Source: Camelus ferus (lineage: Eukaryota). Taken from it: DNA of 64,000 bases. The DNA lies in NCBI RefSeq assembly GCF_009834535.1, contig NC_045696.1, forward strand, positions 82,648,001-82,712,000, read 5' to 3'. The notes beneath the pieces were generated by a model. It saw only the letters and a list, made by a program, of their open reading frames with translations. It ran no database searches and was not told the DNA's origin. Shown piece by piece: positions 53,641 to 64,000 of the stretch (positions are counted from its first letter, which is position 1; each line of letters opens with the position of its first letter). The translations under genes and the position numbers were made by a program.

Positions 53641-55604
53641 TCCTGTGCTTGTTAAAGATAAAATGACTTATCCATGGTCACACATCTAATTAGTGACAGA
53701 GGTAGGAGTAGGAGTCGGATCCTCTGGTTATTAATTGGATAATTTAATTTATTTAACGTATGTCTCATTCTTGTACCCAGGGTAATATTTCCTGTTGAAT
53801 CCTCCCAATCTTGGGTTATTGTGACGATCATATGGAATAAGTTAGAATGTGAAAGCATTTTCAGAACGAAATAGAGCTCTTCAAAACACGAGATAATGGT
53901 TCATTTAATTTTACAAAGAAATTACGGCATTTATCACTTCTGAAACTATGCAGTCAATAACGAAAACAGAAGAGGAGTGGTTTGACCCGGCTGCAGGCTG
54001 AGAGGGGTAAGGCAATTAGGTTGTTATGAGGCCTTCTGGACAAGCAGAGTCCTGATTTTACTAGCTTCGTGCTGACATGTACGCCTGTTTTTTTTCCCTC
54101 CCCTAAAGAATGGAAAACATTGTACCTTTGCAGAGTGATGGCAGTCTTGCCTCGCTTAAAACTTCATCTCCCTCCACATGAGCAATTTGCCTTGCTTTTT
54201 CAAATGGGGGATGGAGGCATACCGTAGCTGAAGTTTCATAGATATTTATGTTGACTAATATCTCTTCATCTGTGTGTTATGGTTTATTAGGGAAAAATTC
54301 AGCACTTGGGCAATTGGTTTTCATTGTTTTCCCCCATGTTGGCTCTAGATAGACTAAAGGTAACACATGTACGTATGTTTCCTTCGTTACTGTATCATGC
54401 AATGTCATTACAGTAAATTCACTTCAAGGCATTTCCTTCTATTTATATTTCATATTGGCTGGGCACGCTGAGTACTAATTTTGCATACATGTAGTTTAAA
54501 GACATTAGCCAGTATGCAGTAATGGCTGGTCTAACATCCGTGTGCAGAAATGGAATTCAGGAGATTAACTTACATTGACCTACTTCAGCTCTCCTGGTAA
54601 TAAGGGGGTGCAGGGGCACAGAACTAATCTCTCTCAATTTGTGGCTCTCAGGGGTGCTGCTAAGTTTAGAGTGCTTGAATTTTAAAAGTCTCCTGTTGTG
54701 CGGAGGAGTTTTTGTTACCCAGTAGAACTCTGTTTGCTGTTGTGATTGAAGTGCTGGTTGTATCTATTGCAATAGTCGTGACAAATACTATGAAGATATG
54801 TAAAGTGAATTAATTGTATAGCTTGGCTCAGGAAGTAAAATGGGAAAAACTTGGGTCCAACCTATTGCGCCATGATGCTTTTTTTTTTTTCCTTCCTAAC
54901 CCTTAAACTCTTAGTTTAGCCAAAAAATGTGAAAAGCTTTCAAACTGCTTTTCAAATACATCAGAAGCTGTCTTTTATTGCCAATTTGTTATTCAGTACT
55001 AAAGTGCTGCTGCTGGGAAGGTATAAGTCAAGTTGATATAATTTGGATTGATTTGCTTTTAAAAGCTTTGAAATGACAGTGCAATTATTGCTATGATGCA
55101 GGTCCCTTACAACAGGATTAATGCATTTAACGAACAATTTGACCACGTAATTTATTTCTGCGGAGTTAACATTAACTGTTAAATGCATTTATTCCCTAAC
55201 AGCCATATTAACACCGTGATAACGTGTGGCAGGCAGTAGTCACAGGGATAAACTCTAGAAGAACCTCTCTATCTGATTTCAGTACCAAATTCTCACTTCA
55301 TTCCCGCCAAGTTTTATTGGGCAGCAGATCAGCAAAGTCTGTGATGAATTTCACCTCTCTGGTTCTTCTTCTATTCATTCTTTTAATACAGGTAAAGAAA
55401 CCAAAAGTTCACGGAAAGAATGTCCCCCAGGAATCAAAGAACTGGGTACCCCCAACTCTGTACAGTTGCTCCTCAAATTTCAGAAAGTGGCATTGGCCCT
55501 TCACATATGCAATGGTTTTTGTCTGAGAGACCTCATTCTGGCTAAATTCTTCTATTATGCCGAGTGGACCATGCCGAGTCAGTAGTTTGAAACGGTAATC
55601 ATCC

Positions 55605-55760
55605 TATAACTTTAGGTCTCTGGAAAGGGTCCTTTGAGAGAGCATCCTGATTAACCCTTTGTTTTACTGATGAGGAAAGTGGGGCCCAGAGAGGCTCAAT
55701 GTCACTTGCTAGTTGCTGGCAAAACCAAGTCTAGAATCCACACTGCTTTACTCTCAGGGC
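55605..55760 (-). mobile_element. MIR fragment
   Basis: ttttactgatgaggaaagtggggcccagagagg. Confidence 0.75.
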
Positions 55761-58700
55761 TTTCCCTGGAACTCTTCACTGTAGAATATTTAATATGAGC
55801 CCATTTACACCTCCCATTATTTGTCTAACTTGGGCACTTCATACTTTTTTGTCAGAAATATGAGAAACACTCAGTGGTTGATGTAGCTTTCTTCAAAATG
55901 TAGAGGTTTTACGTTTAGCTCTGTGTTTATCTGGGAAACGTCCTGAAAGATTAAATGCCTGGAAAAACTTCTTGTTATATTACAACTTCTAGGACACCAA
56001 GTCTAAAGTGATAATTTTACAGAAAAACACACACATGTGTAATTAACATGCTGTAGACACACACATGTTCACATATACACAGAGTATAGTATTCCAAATT
56101 ATACAGCTTTAAAAGTAAGTAGTTATAAGGCAACCAAAACATAAAATTTTGTTTTTATGCATTACCAGGATCAATCATTTGATTTTTTTTCATGCCGAGG
56201 GGGAAATACTAATATTTATAACATTTACCAAAATGTAATGAGATTTTATGTTAGTTTCAGAGTTTCCGAGAAATTGCCAATTTTATGTCTTCAAGTTAGA
56301 AAAGTGAGGTTATTTTATATTAAAAAAGCAACACTTTGAGCCTGTCATTCCGTAATTTTAAAGCAAAGGTTTTAGGCAGTAAATCTGAATGTTAATAATG
56401 TTTAATAATTTCAAGGATGGTACTGCAAAGTGCTCAACTAATTTAAGTATGTTCAAACCAGAGTATTTTGTCTCCTTAACATATGTCAAGTTGGTCCCTT
56501 AAAAAGATTTATTGAAATTAATATGTTCTAAAGAGTCAAGTGCCAAGCAGTGTATATTTTTACATATGGAAAAGTAAATTTGAAATTGTGCAGGACATAA
56601 AAGGTTTTGAAAATGGTTGCAGAGATTTATTTAGGCGCTGATTTAAATTTAAATTAACAGCAATACTATAAGATTTAGTTTTCTGTTTGTTGAGCTATTA
56701 AAGAAGATATTTAACAAAAGGTTTTGTAGAATCCAGTTCTTAGACTTAAAAAAAAAAAAATACAACATGCTCTTTTAATCCTGGTGAGTCAGGAGGAATT
56801 CACAGCACTGAGGACAGAGCCAGAGTGTAGAGTTAATGTGCAGCAGCTTCCTCCTTGGACCCTGAGATGCTGGAGCTGCTTGCTGAACTTTTCAAGCAGC
56901 TGCCAACATTGTCAGCACTGATCTGTCAGTAAGGATTTCTCCTGGCAAAACTCTGAAGCTACTTTCTGACATCTTCAACAAACTAATTGTTGTCTCCTGC
57001 CTCTGCGAGCCCTCTGAAGTCCCAACGAGTTAGTGTCTTCTCAAGAGATGAGAAAAAGGACTCACAAAATCAATTTATCAGGCTATTCCGCATTGTCATC
57101 AGCCAAAACAAAAACCTGCTAAAGACAGGAGAAAAAGTAGAAGAAATGGGTCTCTGAGAAAAGGTTACAGAACATCCATCTTCTCTCCTCTTCTGATTGT
57201 TCCCTTTCTTTGCCTGTTTTCATACCCGTTTCCCTCTGCTAAAAGACACTTTATGACAAGCATTGTAATCTCTTTAGAACGGAGGGGAACCTCTTCTTTA
57301 AGACACAATCTTTGCAAGTTGTGAGTGACAGTGGGAATGGGTCCAATTGCCACCGAGGACACCAGGCAATAAATCATCCTCCCCTGGCATCAGCTGGCTC
57401 GACGAATCCCCAGTTCCTGAGTAAGTACCAGGGCCGACATGTGACAAAACAGCTATTGTCAGCTCCTAGCGGCCACATTCCCTCTTTCTCTCTACTGAGA
57501 TTTTCAGTTTACTTAACACCTTTAGGAGTGCAAAGCATATTGGGAAGGAATATTTAAATAGCTACCATTAGAAAGGGAAATAGCCTAGTGTTGAATGATT
57601 ATCACAAAATTCACATAAGGGCAACAATCTTTGGAGGGGAACCCTCTGTTTTCATTTTATACATCATCAAGCAGTTGCTTTATCCACATTAAAATGCATG
57701 TCTTTTCATTTTAAATATATGTATGTTTAAATATAGAGAGTAGCCCTCAAAATAACTTTATAAGAGCAATGTGCAATTGGCCAGGTGAAAATTCTGTGAG
57801 TACAATGGAAAGATGGATTGCTTATAGTAATAATTTCATAATTTGGTAGAGTTAGGAAGGACATTTTCAAATAGGTAGTTACTTTTTTTGCCATGATTAA
57901 GTTTAGATCTACTCTCACTGTTAATGTGTTTGCAAAAATGTTGTGAGGGGCAAAGTGGTTTCCAATTATTTTTTATACAGATTAAAAACCACTGAGAAAT
58001 GCCAAATACAGCAGTTATCTTATGTATAATTAAAAGTCATACAAAATAATCCACAATTTATTAGGAAAGAAAATTTTACTATAACGGACGTTTAAATATT
58101 ACCCATATTTCATTAGAAGCTTTGTTAACTGATTAATCATAAGATATGACAGGATAAATGTTGAAATATGAAATTTTTAAATAGTCTCATAACTATTGAA
58201 TTTTCTTTTAAATTTGTCATGAAACACATAAAGAATGTAGCTGTGGAGTATTCACCACACACTGTTTTGTGTGGTGAAAACCTTTTCCTTGCTTTTTGAA
58301 AACATATTTTTAGCACAGTTTTCTGAGTGAGAAAGAAGGACTTAAAGTAGAGGAAATTCGAATAATGAATTGATCAAATCCTAATAAAAGTGGAAAATCA
58401 GAAGAAAAATCCTTTATTTACATAATGATTAAAAAGCTGAAAAAATGAAAAATATGATCTATCACTCTGATCTAATTCATAAACATTTTTGATAACTTAC
58501 CATGTCTATCTACTGTTCAGAATGATTCAAATATTTGTTATTATATTAACAAAATATCTGGATAATTGACAGATTTTGGGGTTTCACCTGCTTGTATCAT
58601 GTAGACACAGCTCATATCTCTCTGCAAAAATGTATTCTTGCCCAAGTTACCTGTCAGTCTCTTTTATGATTATGAAGAATACCTTGCATGAGAGGTGATG

Positions 58701-59849
58701 GATTTCCTTTTACCTCCTCAGTCATCTCTAGCTGTCATATTCAAGTTGAAACACTTTCATTATCATAAAATACATACAATGTAGATGATATGCTTCTTCA
58801 TAATTCAGTAACAAAAGGCTAACTGTATTTTAAAAACATTTTAATTGTGTAGAAAGCTGCCTCCGGTGGGTTTTTTTTTTTTTTGTGTGTTGCAAAAACC
58901 AATGATTAACTGCTATCTTTTAATATTTCTTGGTTGACAACGATAATACCGAAAGCATTCTGGCACTGTGAATTCATAGTCAAATGGTGACACCAACCAG
59001 ACGAGATGATGGTGTACCCGGCTCGATGACAGTTCTATCTCAGTTTATCATCTTAACTAAAAAATAATCCTATCTAACTTGAAATCCACAGCAGCTATAA
59101 GTAGAAAATAAATCCAAACCACAGCTCAGACTTGTAACCTAACAGCTATCATAAATAATCAGAGCCTATTTGAAGGTGGAAGATGGGACATTAGAAGCTA
59201 TTTACACCACTAGAGTGATGCCATCGATCAGTAGCGGCAACCCGTAGATAAGGCTCCTGTGATGTCACGGTTATTTATGATGGGCATTGACAGTAAAGCT
59301 ACTATGGAATTTTCTCCTCAGACAGCTTCATTCATTTTTGTTTGTGATGCATTTTGTTGTTAAAGAAGCAATCAATAGCAAAATCATGGTGATAAAAGTA
59401 TTACTTGTTAAATATGTGAAAAATGCACAGATAGGTAGAAATGTGGGACAAAAGATGGAGAATTTAAAAATTCACTTGCAGTGTTTACGTTCCCCAGCTA
59501 CAATTACACAGTCTATTCATTTCACATGTCTTGGGCTTGAAAATGTGGCCTACTTTTTCTCACCCTGTCATCTTACTCTCTTGTTGGAAAGCACAGTTAA
59601 AATGTGGTGGGGTCCCGCCAGCCCCACACCAAATATCTGGCTTACACTGGATAACATAAAATTTAATTAGAGAAATTGCTTGTGATAAAACAAATGCCCA
59701 TTACTTTCTATACAACCTCTCTGTATGAGAAACATTGGAGATTTTTGTTTAATTTTTTAATGTAATCTCTACTCATTTTTCTCCCCTCCCACAGTTCATT
59801 TTCTACTCAAAATATTCATTATACCAGCTTCACATACTTTAATGGATGT

Positions 59850-60000
59850 GATACTTTAATGAAAATACAAATCACCTGGAGATCTTATTAAAATGCAATT
59901 TCTGATTCAGTAGGTTTCGGATGGGGCCCGAGGTCCAGCATTTCTCATAAGCTCCCAGGTGATGTGATGCTGGTTCAGGAATCATACTTTTAGCAGCAAG
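59850..60000. mobile_element. MER5 (MER5B-like, hAT-Charlie)
   Basis: aatcacctggagatcttattaaaatgcaatttctgattcagtagg...gcatttctcataagctcccaggtgatg. Confidence 0.85.
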
Positions 60001-60089
60001 AAATTAGGTAAGGTGGTTATTTCCGTACCTTTCAGGCTTCCCCCCAGATTACTTGCCTCTGTTTTAAATGTGAGTTTCCCCCACTAGTG

Positions 60090-60240
60090 CAGAGCAGTGG
60101 TTCTCAAACTTAAACTGTAAGTCTCACGGAGAACTTGCTTAAGCACAGATGGCTGTGCCCTACTCTGAAAGTTTCTGACTTAGTAGGTCTGGGATAGGCT
60201 GAAAAGTTCCAAGTGCCCACCTTTTGAAAACCCGTGGTGT
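60090..60240. mobile_element. MER5A-like element
   Basis: agcagtggttctcaaactt...gtttctgacttagtaggtctggg...tttgaaaacc. Confidence 0.8.
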
Positions 60241-60838
60241 GGGGCCCTAATTTAGCACTGGATTCACATGCCACTTAGAGCCCATATATAATGCTACCAA
60301 GGTGGAGGCTATAACACAAACAAAGAGGAATGAACTTGTTGAGTGCCTACTAGGTTTTAGGTATTTTATGGAGCTCACAACCTTCTTTATCTCATTTATC
60401 TCACCTAATTACCCCAATTTATCCAATATTTATTATGGGCTACTCTCTATATACAGTCTTTCCTTGAAATCATATTGAATGAAGGGCCTAAATTATTGTG
60501 ACTGCCATAAAAACAGAGCCCTCGTACCCATTTCTTCCTGCATGATTTTAAATATCTACTCTGAGGGTGTGACAATATAGTTCCCCATCCCCCACTTTTT
60601 TCTTCCTGTTGCCTCCACCCTGTTCTGCTAATACACTATGGACAATGATCAAAAAAGCATCATTTCTACCTTCTAGGTGTTTGCAATCTGGTGAGGGAGG
60701 CAGGGATTTTATAAAGATAGTAGGTGGTGTGACAGCAGAAGGAGAGGCCGTGTGTGGGAACATAGCCCCACAAAGAGGACAGATCCATCTCACACTCTCT
60801 CCCTTTCCTCTCCATTTCTTGAGGCTTCCATGCTTCCC

Positions 60839-60840
<2 letters not shown>

Positions 60841-60885
<45 letters not shown>
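60841..60885. repeat. (CA)22 microsatellite
   Basis: Direct reading. Confidence 0.98.
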
Positions 60886-60887
<2 letters not shown>

Positions 60888-60989
60888 CTTAAACACACTT
60901 CTCAAATACCCATAATCACTTAGAAAAAAATATCATCTCTGAAAAGGTTTTTTGGCATAAAGCTACTCCACTTGTCTCATAGCACAATT

Positions 60990-61380
60990 TACATTTCAAT
61001 TCATTAGTTCTCTATGAAGTGCCTACCATGCCAGGCACTTGGACACAGTGGGTGGGGATCAAGAGAGCCCAGCTCTCTGGAGTGGCCAGTCTAGGATGAT
61101 GAGACCTACAAGCCAATAGGCAGTTATGGCCCAGGGTGATAATTATTACACTGTGGAAGGAGGAGGGTTATGGGACCTAGTTTCGTTTATTAGACATCCA
61201 GGGAAACTTCTTGGAGGAAATGAAATTTCAGCTGGTGCCTGAAGAATGAGTAGAAGTTGAAGGGGTGGGGGTGGGGGCGGTGGTAGGAACTGGGAAGGGC
61301 AGTTGGAACAGCTTGTTTAAGAGTCCTGGGTATTGGGAGAAAATATGAGGCACGTTGAAGATGTTCAGGTTGTTCAGCGT
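60990..61380 (-). mobile_element. LINE-2 3' portion
   Basis: agtgcctaccatgccaggcact...ccagggaaacttcttggaggaaatgaaatttcagctg. Confidence 0.7.
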
Positions 61381-62042
61381 AGTTGAGCACAAACACCTTC
61401 TGATAACATCACTACCAAATAAACGCTCTGTTTTAAACCCATGCATTTTGTGAATATATAGCATCTGTGAATTCTCTTGCATTCTTAACAAAGGGAACGG
61501 GTTTTTGAAAACTTGTTCTTCTTTGGTAAACAGTATTGAAAATAGTTACAAAGGACAGATAGGCTGTCCTGCTGGGTTGGCTGCTGATATCATCTTTACT
61601 TTGCTGTAATGGCTGAGTATAGATTATATTAAGCATTAGTCACCATGTGAAAAATACACTTGGACACACAGCTACATCTTTTCACGTCTATTCATGTAGA
61701 AAGCTGGAGGTCAAGCAAGGGGCAGTGTCCTGTTTTAACAATGCTCTCTTACAAGGATTCCCTTCTGAGAACACATCACGGGCACCTCTGCGTACATAGT
61801 GTTGACTAGACTTCAGAACGGGGGTACATATAAAGGCAGGGACTTTTTCCACAAAAAGTGTGCATTCCTAGGTACAAGACAAGATGTACACAGATACAGC
61901 AACAGGAAATCATTCCTGGCAGAAGTGATCCCCCTGGGGGTTTGTATCAGAGCCATCAATTTTTTTCTTATGATAGTGACATTTAAGCTAAAACTAGATG
62001 GAGGTTAATATTAATATCAGTAAATGTGTTCTTGAAAGTAGC

Positions 62043-62048
<6 letters not shown>

Positions 62049-62079
<31 letters not shown>

Positions 62080-62083
62080 TGTG
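62049..62083. repeat. (GT)n microsatellite
   Basis: Direct reading. Confidence 0.97.
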
Positions 62084-64000
62084 AAATCGATAACTAAATT
62101 GAAATCCCTCCAAGCTTAAGCTTTTGAGCCATAGGTCTGAGAGAGGTCTCGTTCTGGTGTGAATTATAAAGAGGCATTAGAGGCACCAGTGGAGAAATGC
62201 GCTTCAATAGCAAGGAAATCAAAGTTATTTTTCTTATTGAATTTCTTTCTTGCTTAAAAAAATTATGTATTGTATGCAGAGATTAAACATTAACAGTGGT
62301 GGAACTTTGTATTTCCCCCTATGCTACCCTGAGGCATATAATTTAATTTATAGGCTGACAAAAATAGTTCCTAAATTAAAAAATGATTTTACACATGTAT
62401 ATTTTTCCTATTGATGATAAACCTTGTCCATGGAAGCAGTCATATATGAAAGCAGATTCACCTCCTATTTCACTCCAAGTCTACAAATAAGACTCAACTA
62501 CTATGTTCTCTTTGGGATAGTTACAATAGTCATTTCCAGAGAATCTTGCATTGAATTTCTCTAGGTGAAATTATCTAAAGTTAATGAGATTTTTTAAAAT
62601 TAAATTTAATTGTTGTACTGTATGTCAAACCTTTTATGGGTTCCTGATTTCAAAACAATGGTGGTATCTCTTAAATAGAATGTTGTGTTCTTTTTTAGTC
62701 CTTTTTATTAAATTCATTTATTCTGGAGTTCATGCTTAATCATTTTCAAGAGCATTGTCAAGCTTGTAACAATAAATATTGGAGTTAATTTAAATGAGTC
62801 AAAGTTCATTCTCATTTAGCAGCCATCTATTTAAGTAAATCACCTGCCCAGACATTCTCTTGTGTGTAGCAATAAACGGAAATGGCTAGAAACCTATCAC
62901 AAAACTTTTAGGGAAGAAATACAGTGTTTTAATGGAGAATCTTTTAAAAGCATAAGATAAATGGTCAGCAACTGATGCCTATTTAACACGTATTTTGTTT
63001 TAAACACTGATAAGTGACTTATATTGAGTTTCTCCAGACCCAACCATACCCTCAGTATAAAAATAATGTAACTTTTCAGATTTTCACTGAATTGTTTTAA
63101 GATGTTAAATATTTTCTCTCTAGGTTGTGAGGTAGTCCTTTGTGGTGAGCTTTTATTTGATGAGAGAGAAACGTTTTATTTATTAATATTTCTCACTTTT
63201 TATAGGAGGCTCTGCTTCTATGACTTCACATGGTCCCCCTGAAAGCTCCCTAGATTGTACTCAGGAAATGTTATTACAAGTCTTTCTGTCATATTTTTTG
63301 AAAAGATGGCTTCCTGTGACTTACATAGAACAGTATGTGATTTCACTGGAATTTTAACATCTCTGTGAAAAGGGTAAAGAGGTCAGGTGGGTTACAATTA
63401 CTATTTTATATAAGATGATCATTAGAAACAGTAAAGCCCAAGAATTCAGGAAAGCTGCTTCGAATTCTAACAAGACCAAATGCTAAAAAATAGAAAATGC
63501 TCACAAACATATTTTGTATAAGTTCTGCCAGTGTCTTATTTCTCTAAATATTATTAAGTAATAAATAATGTCTAAAGACACCGAAATTAAAATTTTTCTT
63601 GTTATAAAAGGATTGAAGTTATAGGAAATTATAGTTTAATAGAAATAGATTATTTTTAAAATAAATTCATTATGCATACATATGTATACATAACATATAA
63701 TGTACAATATTACAATAATGAAGCAAATGTCAGTGTGAATTATCAATTAAGCTGACTATTAAACTCCTCTTATCCAAATCATTTCTTTGGATTAAAACAA
63801 ATAAAAGAAATATAAATAATGAAAACGAATCCTAACAAAAATGACAAAAATTAAGGTACTTCACACATTTCTAGCTATTTCAACTGTGGGTTCCTGAAGT
63901 TGTCTTCTTTTCCTGTATGAATTTGAGCACTTATAGTGAATGTTTACTTCTAGAATATTCAAATGTCTCCAGTGCTTTCACTGGAAAAAGCTTTTCCCAT

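Larger units (their letters stand above)
24638..64000 (+). other. MECOM: 5' part of MECOM intron 2
   Basis: Begins GTAAGA; the next exon (ILDEFYNVKFCIDAS...) is not seen in the ORF track; intron 2 is known to be very long. Confidence 0.88.

Noticed and set aside
55365..55400. Polypyrimidine-CAG|GTAAAG recursive-like site (also TAG|GTAACA at 34821)
   Set aside because: The first looks derived from a MIR core; both donors are weak and expected by chance.
61873..61887. ACAAGACAAGATG, partial EVI1 zinc-finger site (autoregulation?)
   Set aside because: Lacks the terminal GATAA; an isolated partial match.
1..64000. CRISPR arrays, operons, tRNA/rRNA genes or another novel multi-gene system
   Set aside because: Mammalian intronic DNA; no regularly spaced repeats, structural RNA genes or gene-dense segment seen.

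Overview
Mammalian genomic DNA lying entirely within the very large MECOM (MDS1-EVI1 / PRDM3) gene, transcribed on the + strand. The only supported coding sequence is the 338-nt MDS1 exon 2 (24300-24637), encoding the N-terminal half of the PR/SET domain. Positions 1-24299 are the end of intron 1 and 24638-64000 the start of intron 2. The rest is AT-rich intron with old interspersed repeats (L2, MIR, CR1/L3, L1M, MER33, MER5, an MLT1 LTR), two younger 5'-truncated L1 insertions with target-site duplications, and microsatellites. The L1 3' ends and the lack of primate, rodent, ruminant, pig or carnivore SINEs suggest a camelid (inference). The other ORFs in the track look like noise. I found no convincing novel multi-gene system. 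The best leads are an unusual splice architecture at the exon 2 acceptor, an unidentified retrocopy-like segment at 17.3-18.2 kb, an ~80-nt hairpin at 55.1 kb and several candidate enhancer/CTCF elements. All family and motif assignments were made by eye from remembered consensus sequences, not by a search.
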